A DNA stretch of 64,000 nt from contig NC_043001.1 of assembly GCF_006345805.1 (NCBI RefSeq), positions 20,150,001 through 20,214,000 on the forward strand. The letters run 5' to 3'. Below the pieces are notes generated by a model. That model saw only the letters and a program-made list of their open reading frames with translations, did no database searches and was not told where the DNA came from. This document shows positions 11,598-24,598 of the stretch, piece after piece. Each line of letters starts with the position of its first letter. Position 1 is the first letter of the stretch. Origin of the DNA: Octopus sinensis. Taxonomy: Eukaryota. The position numbers and the translations under genes are program-made.

Positions 11598-11988
11598 CTG
11601 AAATGTAGAAAAAAAAAATTATACATTTCAACAATTGCATACAGGTTTTAAAACCAAATGACAATTTCAATAATTCAACTAGTAATCTGTTCATTTTAAA
11701 CCTACATCAATAACAACCCCAATTAGTCATATAGTTAGAATATTTTTAAATAATTAGTTGATCATGGTAACATTGAATTTAGATCCACATTTTAATTTAA
11801 AAGCACACACACACACACACACACACACAAATACTTTTTCATTATATAGATTGTTATAAATAAAATAAACATTTGAAAGCAATTTTTTAAAATTCTCAAC
11901 TTCTAAATTAATTGAGATTAACACATCATACAGAAAAAAAAACTGAATTCAACATAAGCAATTTCAAAAAAGAATAAATCTTGCACAC

Positions 11989-12069
11989 CTTTCCGAATGT
12001 TTCGATACCAGTATTTTCAACCCATTGTCTGACATCAATCCACAACCATTTAAGCATAAACTTTCCAAC
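11989..12069 (-). CDS. F-box/LRR gene, coding exon 8
   Basis: atgatttcag|G...AG|gtgtgc (weak donor); LESLCLNGCGLMSDNGLKILVSKHSE; 81 nt. Confidence 0.9.
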
Positions 12070-12589
12070 CTGAAATCATAAATTTGACATCCAATTACAT
12101 TTGTATCAGACTAAAAAAATCGTCTTGTTCACTTACTTCTTCTTGGTCACTTTGCTATAATCTCATTTATCTATTAATTACAGACAGTTCTTGAAACTCA
12201 TCTTAATCATATAACCTGTATTTACTTTCTTAATTCTAAAATGTCTTAAAAGTGCCTCCATTGTGAGAATGTTAATTTGATTGAAGGTATTTTCACTTGG
12301 CCCTAAGTGAGAATTCCCCAACCATCATACTATTTTCTCTTCAGGTGCAGAAAACAGACACCAAACAACCCAAATGCCAGAAACTCTCCTCTCCTTAAGT
12401 GCAAATCTTCAGAACTGCTGTTGTCAACATTAGCATGGAAAATACAATATTTATGGAGATAAATGATAGTTTCGTTTCATTTAAAGATTTTCAATCAGCT
12501 TTTCATATTCACTTAGGTTAAAGACTTTACAAAATTAAAACATTTGCATGAATTACTAAAACAGGTATTTTTATATTGGTAAGCAATGG

Positions 12590-12840
12590 AAGGTAGCCAG
12601 GAGAGATTGTTGAGCTGCAAGAGCAGAAGTGAGTAGATATGTGCTGTGTACAAGAGGAAATGTGGAGAGTAATCTCAGCAGCCAGACTACTCATGGACAA
12701 AGAAAAGCTGAACAAATTCTCTGGAAGAGTAACAGCAATCAAATTGATAGAGAAATGGACAGGTAAAGTAGTTGAAGAAATCAGAGTATGTGACAAAATA
12801 ACAAAGGTTAGGCTAGTTACAGGCACCACTACAGGTTGAG
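12590..12840 (+). mobile_element. Degraded RTE-clade LINE endonuclease (APE) fragment
   Basis: DMCCVQEEMWR...IEKWTGKVVEEIRVCDKITKVRL resembles the RTE APE pattern DvccLQEvRW...EKWvdkViEV.RVcDRI. Confidence 0.65.
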
Positions 12841-13090
12841 TTTGATCAATAAGTATCTAGACTGTTGCCATAGTAATGAACCTAAAGCCAGCAGAGTGAA
12901 GCTGCTTAGCAAAAATTCTGCTGTGCATGTGCACTAAGTTTTAACGTTCTAGCTTACTTCTGCTGTTTACAGCAGTGCTTGGTAGGAAGGTGTGTAGCAT
13001 GTGATCGTATAGAGAGGGGGGAGAGAGAGGAAGGAGAGAGGAGGGGGAGAGAGAGGAGAGGGGGAGAGAAATTGGTTAATTGATATTTAC

Positions 13091-13242
13091 CTATCACAGG
13101 ATTTTGCAATGGCAGACAACCCTGAGTCTGTCACTGAACACCAACTAGCATCAACATGAGTTAAATTGTGACACACTGTTGATGCCTGCAATATTTTATC
13201 ACCAGTTAATTCACCTCGGCTACAGCGGCTAAAACACAGCTT
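13091..13242 (-). CDS. F-box/LRR gene, coding exon 7
   Basis: aaattgcag|AAG...AG|gtaaat; KLCFSRCSRGELTGDKILQASTVCHNLTHVDASWCSVTDSGLSAIAKSCD; 152 nt. Confidence 0.92.
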
Positions 13243-13514
13243 CTGCAATTTAAATTGTAAGAAAAAAAAAAAATCACCCAATTATCATCCTGTATTGATA
13301 TTTCATTTAAGCATAGTCATACAAATAACCTAACATCAGAACTCAATATCAATCAAGTTTTATATTTTCTCTTTGCCTTTAACCCTCCAGCATGGAGTAT
13401 AGGCCACTTATAATTGAATTCCATGTCACATAGTTTTTCGCTTCTGTACTTTGCCATGAATGTCCCCCTTTCTCTAGTTCCTTTTGTGTTGACTACGCCA
13501 CAAATTCTCAGGCC

Positions 13515-14010
13515 TGCCTTTCTTTCTCTATCTATCCGGATTCCACTGTAAAGCACTTTTCGCTACATTTGGTGTATCTTTTCTAATTGTGCTACCAATC
13601 CACTTCCACTTTTTCTTAAATATTTGCTCCCTAATCGAAACTTGATTTGTTCTTTGCCATAGCTCCATATTGCTTATGTGTTCGGGCCATCTAATTTTGA
13701 GAATACTACGCAAGCATCTGTTGATGAATGATTGTATTTGCTTATTTGACTCAACTGTTGTTCGCCATGTCTCAGCCCCATACAATAACACCGCTTTTTT
13801 CTTCATTAACGCGCATAATTTTTGATTTGTCGCGGTTGACTTTCAATCCTAGTTTGGCAGCTATTGCTTCTAATTTTGACGTTTTATTTTGCATTTGGCT
13901 AAATGTTTGTGAAACTAGTGCTATATCATATGCAAAGTTGAGATCTACAGCTTCTGCATTCGTCCATTCAATGAGTTGATAATCAGTCAAGTACAGATCA
14001 GTAATAAGAA
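13515..14010 (-). mobile_element. RTE-type LINE reverse transcriptase 3' fragment, internally deleted
   Basis: LNFAYDIALVS (decayed YADD), LGLKVNRDKSKIM, VLLYGAETW, FINRCLRSILKIRWP, KWKWIG, ALQWNP. Confidence 0.85.
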
Positions 14011-15221
14011 ATTGGAATGACAAAGCAATAAACATTAAGTTTATAACATAACATAATTATCTATTCTTTTAAATATCTACACAGAACAAAAGACCAAGAC
14101 CTTTGGCAATGCTGTGCTCGAGAAGAAGACCCATCAAACCCAGTGAAATCGTAGTCATGGCAGATACTGCTGTCACACAACTGGCACACATGCCAGTGGC
14201 ATGTAAAAGTACCTGTTACAATCTGGGAGTGGTTGGCATTAGGAAGGGTATCAAAACATAGAAACCCTGCCAAATCAGACTAGAGTCTGGTGCAGCCTCT
14301 CAGCTTACCAGCCCTGGTCAAGCTATCAAAGCCATGCCAGAATGGACAATGGACGTTAAATGATGATGACGATGAGGATAAGGACCGCCGAAATCTATAA
14401 GTTTTTCTTATTCTCTGGTTATTTTCTTTTATTCCTCTCCGTTGAAAAGTGTAGGCTTCAAATGGAAAAGACTTTTTCATTTTCCCTAGCGTCAAACTAA
14501 TACACTTGCTTATTGTTCTTACACGTCTTTATCTTTTATTTTTCTATAAATTTACTTAACACACAGCCACTCCTGTGGCTGTGTGGTAAGTAGCTTGTTT
14601 ACCAATCACATGGTTCCGGGTTCAGTCCCACTGCATGGCACCTTGGGTAAGTGTCTTCTACTATAGCCTTGGGCCGACCAAAGCCTTGTGAGTGGATTTG
14701 GTAGACGGAAACTGAAAGAAGCCTGTCGTATATATGTATGTATGTGTGTGTATATGTTTGTCCCTGTAACTTAGCAGTTCGGCAAAAGAGCCTGATAGAA
14801 TAAATACTAGGCTTACAAAGAATAAGTCCTGGGGTCAATTTGCTCGACTAAAGGTGATGCTCCAGCATGGCCCCAGTCAAACGACTGAAACAAGTAAAAG
14901 AGTATATAATTTATATATTTCTCATCACGCCTGAGAAAACTCGTCAAGCCATGTAAAATCATAGTTGTGGCTGATGAAGGTGTCATGTAACTGAAGGACA
15001 TTCTGTGGCACACAAAAAGCACCCATTACTCTCTTGGAGGGGGTTGGCATTAGGAAGGGCATCCAGCTATAGAAACCATGCCAAATCAGATTGGAATGTG
15101 GTGCAGCTCTCCTGTGTCAATCAAACCATGCCAGCATGGAAAGCAGACGCTAAATGATGAGGATGATGATTTTTATACATTTCACCTAATCTTAAGTCTG
15201 AAATAGAAGCCATAAACATAC

Positions 15222-15382
15222 CATTAGAGAATTAGCACATTCTTTAAATAGATAACTCAATCCAGCAGCAGTCACTTTATCGCCATGACACTGAATGAAC
15301 TCTAATCTAGAAGGATGAAGTTGAGAAATCCTTAGTAACCAATCATCTTGCAGGCATTTTTTCTCTAAAGTGATATGGTGCC
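15222..15382 (-). CDS. F-box/LRR gene, coding exon 6
   Basis: ttctttttcag|GG...ATG|gtatgt; (W)HHITLEKKCLQDDWLLRISQLHPSRLEFIQCHGDKVTAAGLSYLFKECANSLM; 161 nt. Confidence 0.92.
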
Positions 15383-15560
15383 CTGAAAAAGAAAAAAAAG
15401 TGTTGGTGTTGCTGAGAAAGTACATTATTTTTGTACATTTGAAATACAAACATCATGAAACTAATACAAAATCTCAAACCTTAAAAAAAAAATGTTCTAT
15501 AATTATAAAAGGAAAAAGCTATAACATGAACGGAAGCTGAACTACAAATATATATATATA

Positions 15561-15798
15561 TAATTTACAAGATAAGGGCAGAAGAAAAATTCTAATGCCA
15601 AATATGCCGAAACAAAAAGTTGTCAATAACCATTATAATTTATGTGTCTCGAAACAAACCAATAGAAATCTCTAAAAATTTTTTTAGAGATTTCTATTGG
15701 TTTGTTTCGAGACACATAAATTATAATGGTTATCAACAATTTTTTGTTTCGGCATATTTGACATTAGAATTTTTCTTCTGCCCTTATCTTGTAAATTA
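15561..15798. repeat. Near-perfect ~240-bp palindrome
   Basis: Arms 15561-15678 and 15681-15798 are reverse complements with a 2-nt spacer and a few mismatches; (TA)n on the left. Confidence 0.9.
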
Positions 15799-17567
15799 TT
15801 TATAAATTTAACCTTTAAAGGTATTTTTTGATATGCTGGATATATATAATACAGACTCTATCTAAGAATATCTGAAGAAGGAATATTATTCTGAAATATA
15901 TCAGACTATGGTTGACTAAATTACAACAGGTATATAGCCCATTGTCTGTATTATAGTGCATTGTTGTACTATTCAAACATTTTTATATATATATAATTCC
16001 TATGTAAATACAATGTTTATGGAGATAATTGATAGTTTATTTTTATTGAAAGTTCTTACATCAGTCTTTCATATCCATTTATGTCAATAACTCTACAAAT
16101 CAAAACATTTGTATTTTTTACAGCAGTAACCAATCACACAAACATGAAATGAAAATGCTTGTGTGGTAGTTTAGGTTCTCAAATTTAAAGAATATGTGTT
16201 GCGTCTTTACAACATGAAGACCACATTTTTAATAAAATATACTGCTTTTTGTTTTTTTTTAGCAATTCAGTTTGAAAATAGTCAAGAATTTGGTGGTGGT
16301 GGTGAATTTAGTAAAATTATTAATTATTGCATAGTGGACAAAATGCTTAGTAGCATTTTGTTCATCTTGACACTGTGAGTTCAAATTCTACTGAGACTGA
16401 CTTTTCTCTTTTTGCCTTTTGGGGTCAATAAAATAAGTATCAGTTGAGCACTAGAGGCAATGTAATCAACTAGCACCTTCCAACTAAAATTTCAGACCTT
16501 GAACCTATAGTTAAAAAAAATTATTAACATTAAAGGTGGTGCTCCAGTATGGCTGCAGTCAAATGACTGTAACAAGTAAAAGAGAGATGGTGTCTGTAAC
16601 AGAGTTCTCAGATAAAACTGTAATTGAAGCCTTTAATTTAAATGAAAATGCTTTAAAATGAATAGTTTTGTATCATAGAGCCAGTAGCAATACCACATAG
16701 GTTGCTATAGTAATGTTTTCATGCAAGAAATTTTAATTTACTCAAGCTCTGTTATAGGCACAATTTAAGTGAATTAAAAGACTGCCACAGTGAGTGGGAA
16801 ACTGTAGTGAAGCAGATAGTAAGAAAATGAATAGGCTCAGGCATGGATGTGTGGTTAAAGACTTGCTTTGAAATTGCAAGGCTTCAAGTTCATCCCCATT
16901 GCACAGCACCTTGAATAAGTGTCTTCTACTACAGCCCTGAGTCAACCAATACCTCGTGAGGGAATTTGGTAAACAGAAACTACGTAGAAGCCTATCATGT
17001 ATATATGTGTTTGTGTGTATCTCTTTGTGTCCTCCACCATCACTTGACAACTGGTGTTGGTTTCTTTACATCTCAATAACCAAGTAATATGACAAAAGAG
17101 ACTGATATAACAAATCTCAGGCTAAAAAAATAAGTACTAGGGTCGATCTTTTTTTTTTTACTTTATTGCCCACAAGTGGCTAAACGTAGGGGGGACAAAC
17201 AAGGACAGACAAAGGGATTAAGTCGATTACATCGATCCCAATGCATAATTGGTACTTAATTTATCGACCCCAAAAGGATGAAAGGCAAAGTCAACCATGA
17301 CGGAATTTGAACTCAGAACGTAGCAGCAGACGAAATACTGCTATGGATTTCGCCCGGCATGCTAACGTTTCTGCCAGCTTGCCGCCAGGGTCGATTTGTT
17401 TGACTAAAACCCTTCAATGGCTGCAGTCCAAGGACTTAAACAAGTAAAAGATGAAAGGATTAAATGATCAATGTAGCTTACATGAATCGGGAATGATAGA
17501 AGACATTTTTTTGGTGAGGAAATGTAAATTTAGAGAAGCAAAGAAAGAATAAGAAACATCAACTCAC

Positions 17568-17718
17568 ATAGAGATTCATCTTGAATAATACGGTTAAATC
17601 GTTTTGATACCAGTGCACAATGGAATCTAGCATGATTGCTAAGATTGGAAAATATTTGCAACCAAATTTCATCAGGTAGGTGTTGCCAAGGGTAGGTTGA
17701 ATTCCTTGATTGTACTAT
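17568..17718 (-). CDS. F-box/LRR gene, coding exon 5 (F-box motif)
   Basis: tatattttag|ATA...T|gtgagt; IVQSRNSTYPWQHLPDEIWLQIFSNLSNHARFHCALVSKRFNRIIQDESL(W) matches the F-box consensus LP.EI...IF..L......VSK.F......LW; 151 nt; not in the ORF track. Confidence 0.93.
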
Positions 17719-18561
17719 CTAAAATATAATGTTTAACATAATATAGTAAATTAATTAAAAGATTAATAAAAAAAAATTACAAGTGGAAATCCATATGGAA
17801 TAATTAACAGCTTTTAGCTTCATCTCTTAATTACATAAATATGATTTAATTAAATATGCTTTAATATTTCTTTGTAATCAAATAATATTAAACCATTTTC
17901 GCATCATCTTCACAACTTGGGATCTAGTAAACAATTTCCCAAAGTGAAGTACAATAAAATAGAAATTATGTATAAACAAGTAATATGGTAAGAATTTAAT
18001 GTTTTAAATTCATATAAAATTCAAAGACCTTTAAGTCTCGATGGAGAACTGAATAAAGATTCATAGAAAAGGAATCTTTATTCAGTGGTATAATGTAGTG
18101 AAAGAATGAGAATTCAAGCAGCTCCTTTTCTTTTTTTTTTTTTTTTTGCAGCCAATGACAACCTCTATATTGTCGAAGTACAAGAAACAGCAGTCGAATT
18201 TTCCTGAAATTGCATCCTACTATCTTAAAGATTAGATGGTTATAACTTAAACTTGCTCACTCAGCGCTTACCTGGATCTAGATAACAAGTATGTACCACG
18301 CTTCCTATAATAGCTTTTATTGAAGAAATTTGGTGAAAATTTTTTCTATATAATTCCAAGACTTTCCAACAGTTAATCATCTAATTGCAAATTCAGAGAT
18401 GGAATCTGCTGTGAGACTGAGGCTCTGAAGCAAAATACAAACTTGACTCATGACTGTATGATAAATATTCCAGTAACTTTATTGCATAATTATTGGTACC
18501 TTCTTATACATTTGAAGATGTGTGGAAAGAAAAAAAAAAGAAAATGAAAAATGAAACTAAC

Positions 18562-18593
18562 CTCAGATTCAGAACAGCCATTAGCCTCGGAGT
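18562..18593 (-). CDS. F-box/LRR gene, 32-nt coding microexon 4
   Basis: cattaattgcag|AC...GAG|gttagt with a long upstream polypyrimidine tract; (D)SEANGCSESE; bridges the phase-1 donor at 22701 to the phase-0 acceptor at 17718. Confidence 0.8.
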
Positions 18594-18641
18594 CTGCAAT
18601 TAATGAAAATTTTCAAAAGATTAAAAAGAGAACATTGAAGA

Positions 18642-18672
<31 letters not shown>

Positions 18673-18805
18673 CCTGGAAAACTTCAACATTTAACCCTTT
18701 GGCATTTAAACAAGACATATGTGGCCCAAATATTCCACCTCTTCTATGTTTAAACTGGCTAGATCTGGCCTCTCACACCTACCCTAAAATGTCATCCTAA
18801 AAATA

Positions 18806-19037
18806 CAGGATTGGCCAGAAGTCACCCGACAGTAAATCAACACTCCATAAATACTATCTGTAATTCTGTATTGACTCAAATGGAAAATGTGTCGCTCAAA
18901 AAGGACTGCAGTTTGAACAATTTTCATGATGTTTCATATTTAGATGCTTCTATTAAATTCATTCAGTTGTTAAACATAAATAAATCTTTGAATAAAATGG
19001 TCTTGATTTACTGTCAGGGGACTTTTGGCCAACCCTG
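18806..19037. mobile_element. Tc1/mariner-type MITE nested in a piggyBac-like MITE (about 18695-19145)
   Basis: TA|CAGGATTGGCCAGAAGTC...GACTTTTGGCCAACCCTG|TA; the flanks are the two halves of the family seen whole at 44590 and 52492. Confidence 0.8.
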
Positions 19038-21540
19038 TATACAATCACATCATCAAAATCTTGAAGCTGTGAGATAAAGCATGATTAATTCAAGACAATG
19101 TGAATAAATAAGCGTCACATTTGACAGAATAATTTAATGCTAAAGAGTTGAAAGTAAAATTCAGTTTCTTAAACTCTAAAACAATAAAATGTTTTGTCTG
19201 GTTAAAAACAAAACAAAACTTTCTTGCAAACAAAAGTGCCACTTTTACTGTTCCTGTAGGGAACCAATAGATGGTTGTTCGACCTGCAGGAAAGCGCAGT
19301 CAAATCCCTCTCAGATTACATCCCATAGGAGAAAAGATGACATGGTAATGATTGTAATATCAGTGATTGTAGGTTAGCTTCTTTGGGATTAATCTGGGAC
19401 TAAGTAACAACCCTCAACTCTCATTAACCTCTCCAGTTCCTCACAATCACAAAAACTGAACAGATTTTAACTTTAAGAGTTCTAATAAGGCTAAAGGTGT
19501 CACAGTTCCAAATTAAATTAAGTTCATGACTATAACCAAAATAACCAACTTCTCTAAATAGCAATACAATTTATCTTTAAAAGTGCAGAATTTGCACAAA
19601 GGAAAATTAATGTCCAAAGTTCCTGAAAACCCACAACTTTCCAGCAAAAGAATATAACCAGTAATCATTTTTATAAAATACTCAATTCTCATACATGGCT
19701 GACTAGTATTATTTCACACAACTCAAAAGTAATTTCTAGGACTAGAAATTCTGACAAAAACAAGATTGGAGGGGATGGGGAACAAAAAACTAAATTTCTT
19801 TTTAATTCTGGTTCTTTCTGATTCCACATCAAATCAGTCATTCACAAATAATCTACTGCCTATTTAGTTTAATCCTTTTATCATCAATAATACCCAATCT
19901 CATTTGATCCCATTTTTGTGTTTCATTACAAGACACCAAACGTCTACTCTGAGTATAACCCCATCTCCTTTCTCTACTCATCTGAGATATAAGCAACATT
20001 TGCTTCATTATTGTTGACATAATTTCCATTAAAAGCAGTTGTGAGTGGAATTTTTCCTGACACATTTCAAAATCATTTCTGCTCTTTATTATTTATAAAA
20101 CAAGCAGAGAGTGTGTGTGCTTGTGTGCGCATGTGCACATACACGCTCAGACATTTGTGTACATGTGGCTTGCTCATTCATCTATGGACACAAAGTTGAA
20201 TAAATCAAGATCATCTTGCAATCAGAACACCCAGTTTCAGTTTCACAGTATGATACCTTGAGCAAAGGTCTTCTACAAGAGCTTCTGGTCAGCCCAAGCC
20301 TCATGAACAAAATTAGCAAGATTGAAATTGTGTGGGACTCTGTCAGATGGACTGTACCAGTAATTCAAAGGGCCAGAGAGAGACACAAAGCTGAATGAGC
20401 CTCAAGTTTGCTTTAAAAGTACAAGTGTCTATGAAAATCAGCCTCTCCACTATAATTCAATGGAAAGGTTGTTCTGTTGGTTGAACAACTAGAACACTGC
20501 CTTTCTTCTTATCTAGACAGAAAAGTTTAAGGTGATTTACGGCAGAGTAATTTCCATTACAGTAAATACAAAAGAAACAATAAGGATAGAGGATGTCAAT
20601 GGTTCAGAGCATAAAGATTTTTTTGTGAGAGATAGTATTCAGGATTCTTTTTTTTTTTGTTATGCAATATAAGACGGCATAAGGGATATCCCTTGCATGT
20701 TTATGCTTTTTGAAAGGAACTTATTTCACTAAACTGAGATCACAATAAAGGCCTTATTTATTAAATGCTAATATTAGACTAGAGTTTCTGATCTTAGTAA
20801 CAGGCAAAGCATAAATTTGAAATAGAATTGCAATGAGGACAAAATTCTGTTTATGTGAGTAGTTGAAGACGTAATTACACGATATCTTTGCAAATATTCC
20901 AGCTGCACAAGAGCTATGAAAAGTCTAGATTCAAGAAGCATTAGAAACTTGTAGTGACACCTGGTTCTAGATGCCATTGTGGAACTAGAATTAGAGCTTC
21001 CCAGAGATCTGACGGAAGCCCCTTATGTGCAATCATCAGTAGCAGCAGCTAGGCTTGACCACTTATTCATCCTCTTTGGCCCCGGAGCTGGAATTCTGAT
21101 GGTGAGCGACGTTGCGAGCCTGTGAAAATGTCTTCGTAGTTTGGTGTCTAACTACCATCCCTGCTGCTTCCACACCAAGGCATCCTGGCTACCCCGAAAG
21201 GATGAAAGGCAAAGTTGACTTTGGTGGAATTTGAACCCAGAATGTAGCGGCAGATGAAATACTGCTAAGCATTTCACCCGGCATGCTAACGTTTCTGCTA
21301 GCTCGCCGCCTTTTGCATACCCTTAACATAATTAGGGAGATTCAGTGTAACACAGAATGTGACAGGGCCGACCCTTTAAAATACAAATACTATCACTTTT
21401 GTCAGCTGAGTGAATGGAAGTGATGTGGAGTAAAATGTCTTGTTCAAGGACACAACAGACCACCAGGAACCCCTAGGTAACACAAATCATTGAAAAAGAA
21501 CTGTTTGTTGCTGCAAGTACAACTGTCCATACACATATGG

Positions 21541-21945
21541 ACAGGAGTGGCTGTATGGTAAGTAGCTTGCTTACCAACCACATGGTTCCAGGTTCAGTCC
21601 CACTGCATGGCACTTCGGGCAAGTGTCATCTACTATAGCCTCGGGCCGACAAAAGCTTTGTGAGTGGATTTGGTAGGCGGAAACTGAAAGAAGCCTGTCG
21701 TATATATGTATATATATATGTATGTATGTCAGTGTATATGTTTGTGTGTCTGTGTTTGTCCCCCAACATCACTCGACAACCAATGCTGGTGTGTTTACAT
21801 CCACGTAACTTAGCGGTTCGGCAAAAGAAACCGATAGAATAAGTACTAGGCTTAGAAAGAATAAGTCCTGGGGTCGATTTCTTTGACTAAAGGTGGTGCT
21901 CCAGCATGGCCGCAGTCAAATGACTGAAACAAGTAAAAGAGAAAA
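21541..21945 (+). mobile_element. Family B tRNA-derived SINE (CORE-like), representative copy
   Basis: GTGGTAAGTAGCTTGCTTACCAACCACATGGTTCC head, GGCAAGTGTC core, internal microsatellite, ACTGAAACAAGTAAAAGAG tail; copies near 2680, 4390, 10140, 14563, 16830, 38150, 39800, 43073, 50000, 53745 and 63728. Confidence 0.88.
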
Positions 21946-22222
21946 GAGTAATATACCTACAAACATACGTAGGTTGAGAGAGAGAGGAAATGGCTGAAGC
22001 TCCTTCCCAAATCATATAAAGCTGGTTTTCTGGTTTCTGTGGCATATGTATTGCCCACTGGATGGGACACCAGTTTGTCATTGGACAACTCACTTTTGCC
22101 AGCTGAGGGAACTGGAGTAGTGTGAAATGAAGTGTTTTGCTCATGAACACAATGCATTGCCCAGTCCAGGAATAGAAACCACAATCTTACGATCGTGAGT
22201 CCAACACCCCTAACAACTAATC

Positions 22223-22516
22223 TGTGGCCTAGTGGTTAGAGCAGCGGACTCGCGGTCGAGGGTTCGAATCTCAGACAGATGCGACGTGTGTGTTTATGAG
22301 CAAAACACCTAAGCTCCACGCGGCTCCGGCAGAAGGTAATGGTGAACCTCTGCTGACTCTTTCGCCACAACTTTCTCTCACTCTTTCCTCCTGCATCTAG
22401 CAGCTCACCTGCGACGGACCGGCGTCCCATCCAGGTGGGGAACCTATACGCCAAGGAAACCGGGAAACCAGCTCTTATGAGCCAGGCATAGCTCGAGAAG
22501 GAACAAACAAAACAAA
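22223..22516 (+). mobile_element. Family F tRNA-derived SINE with TSD
   Basis: TGGCCTAGTGG A-box, GGTTCGAATC B-box, AAC-rich tail; AACAACTAATC duplicated on both sides. Confidence 0.85.
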
Positions 22517-22700
22517 ACAACTAATCCACTTGCCTCTACTCAGACAGAGAAAATACTAAGTTATTGTTTGTATCACCACCCTAATCAGTTCATAAATAGA
22601 GGATCATAAAAATCAGGTTAATCTCTTTCTTCAAAAGGAAGTAAATAAAGCTTAAAAACCTTTGTTTGTCTATTCAAATATTCAATTGTTGTAACACTAC

Positions 22701-22885
22701 CTGATTTTGTGAAATCTGGCACACAGGATGAGCTATTTTCAAATCCATTAGCTGTTGAAGATTCTTGTAATATTTGCTCTGAGTAGGGAACATCTATCGA
22801 CACATCACCTGACAGACATTTCTCAGCCTCCAAGGAAATATCTTGGTTTCCGCCCTTCATCAAAGATAAGACTCGAGTAGCTTTC
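22701..22885 (-). CDS. F-box/LRR gene, coding exon 3
   Basis: taatctacag|G...G|gtagtg; KATRVLSLMKGG...VPDFTKS; 185 nt; within ORF 22618-22902. Confidence 0.8.
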
Positions 22886-23290
22886 CTGTAGATTATAAGC
22901 ATTTACAGCAATATAGCAAATGTAAATATCTTGAAGCCAAAATTAGTAAAATATAAAATTGTTTTATATTTATGATTAATTTCTATTACATACAAATTGG
23001 AAACAAAACTGTTAAAGAAACATGATGTTTAGAAACCAGGTAAATCCCTAATTTATAATAGAAATAATAAATATTTGATAAACTGGCTAAAGTTTAATAA
23101 AAAAAATCCTCAAAGTTTTAGCTATAACAGCAGACAAAAAGTGAGATTAAAACTAAAAGCTTATCTTTTATAATTTAGAAATCGTTATAATAATAAAATA
23201 ATCATTTTTTTTTATATATAAAGACATCATGCGAGTATACAAGAATTTTTTTTTTTTATGGAAAAATTAAATAGAAATTTTTTTTTTTAC

Positions 23291-24598
23291 TTGGAATGAA
23301 CTTTCTTCCGGTTCTTTGTAGTCCCATTCTGCTGTACAACTTTCCTCAGATCTTTACGAGTAAAGTTAGAAATATTACCACCAGGTACAAGTTTGTTTTC
23401 AGTTTCCTTGCACTTCTCACTGTTACTTGATTTATTTCTAGTCTTTTGTGAAGTTAAATTAGACACAAAATTTGGTTCCCTAAGGTAAGAAGTAGAACCA
23501 CAACTTGATTTTTCCCAGTGACGATGGTATACAGGACTATTACTAGTAACTTTGTTATCTCCATTGCTATTAGCTGTAAATAAGCGGCTACCATCAATAC
23601 TACTACCAGTAGCATTAGGCTTTCTCCACACTTTCCTTGGTCCTTTAATTCCAGTGTATTTGCCTGAGGGTTTATCAGAATTCTCTTCTGATAGTTGGTG
23701 TTGCTGAGTTGTGACTAACTCTAAGTCTGCTTCTGAAAAGCTCCCACAATCAAGAATAGAATCATTCAAATTCAACTGTGATACTGAATTAATACTCTGG
23801 TCAGCAGGGTTCAACATTTCTTCATCCATTGCAAAAATTGGAGTTGCTAAATTATCTTGAGAAGAATCTTCCCACTCACAAGAGGATGATATTTTATGAG
23901 TTGATGGTGATTTGAGGGTAACCTCTGTATCAGAATAACATTCAGATTTACTGGCTCCAGAATGGAAAGCACGATGTTCCCCAGGAGAAAATGAGTGGCT
24001 TGTCTCTTTCTGAATTTGATACTGCCTTCTCCCAGTTGCTTTAGTGATTCTATAGTTGGAGGAAGACTGCAAATGGCTATTAGGGAAAGAACTAGCATGT
24101 GAGAGAGATTCATTAAATACATTATCATCATTATTAATATCACAAGGATAAGAGAATTCTTCATCTCTGAAGTTAGTATACATACTATCTGGAGGATAGA
24201 CAGCTGGTTGAGCTCTTTCAGTTAAAGATTCTCCACAATAAGTGCAATATTGGGCATGCATGGCATTTTCAGAATGACACTCAGGACACACATAAATGAA
24301 TGTTTGCATCATTGTATTATCAGGAGTTAAAAGAGAATTAAACTTATTCCTCTGTGGGGTACATTGTTGGTTAAAGTGACGGCTGTCTGAAGAAACATGT
24401 CCAATATGAAAGTTTTTAAAGCTGTTTTCAACTTTGCCAAAGTCGTAATTTGATTTATGTGGAGGAGAGCCTCTATCGGGATAGAGGTTAGACTGCTCAA
24501 CAGCCGACAAAGACCGTGATCGAAATATTGGTTTGCTGTTGGTGCAGCACTTGTTTCTTTCAATTGCACTACAAAATTCCTCACCAGTTTGGTTACGC
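23291..24598 (-). CDS. F-box/LRR gene, large coding exon 2 with zinc-ribbon motif
   Basis: ttttcctag|G...AA|gtaaaa; 1308 nt within the 449-aa ORF; contains CPECHSENAMHAQYCTYCGESL (about 24226-24288) in S/N-rich sequence. Confidence 0.85.

Noticed and set aside
19853-20065. 70-aa minus ORF between exons 3 and 4
   Set aside because: No convincing splice sites, and the flanking exons already join in phase.
23847-24584. Overlapping minus ORFs of 105 and 85 aa (also 34605-35246)
   Set aside because: Alternative frames of the large exons with no independent support.
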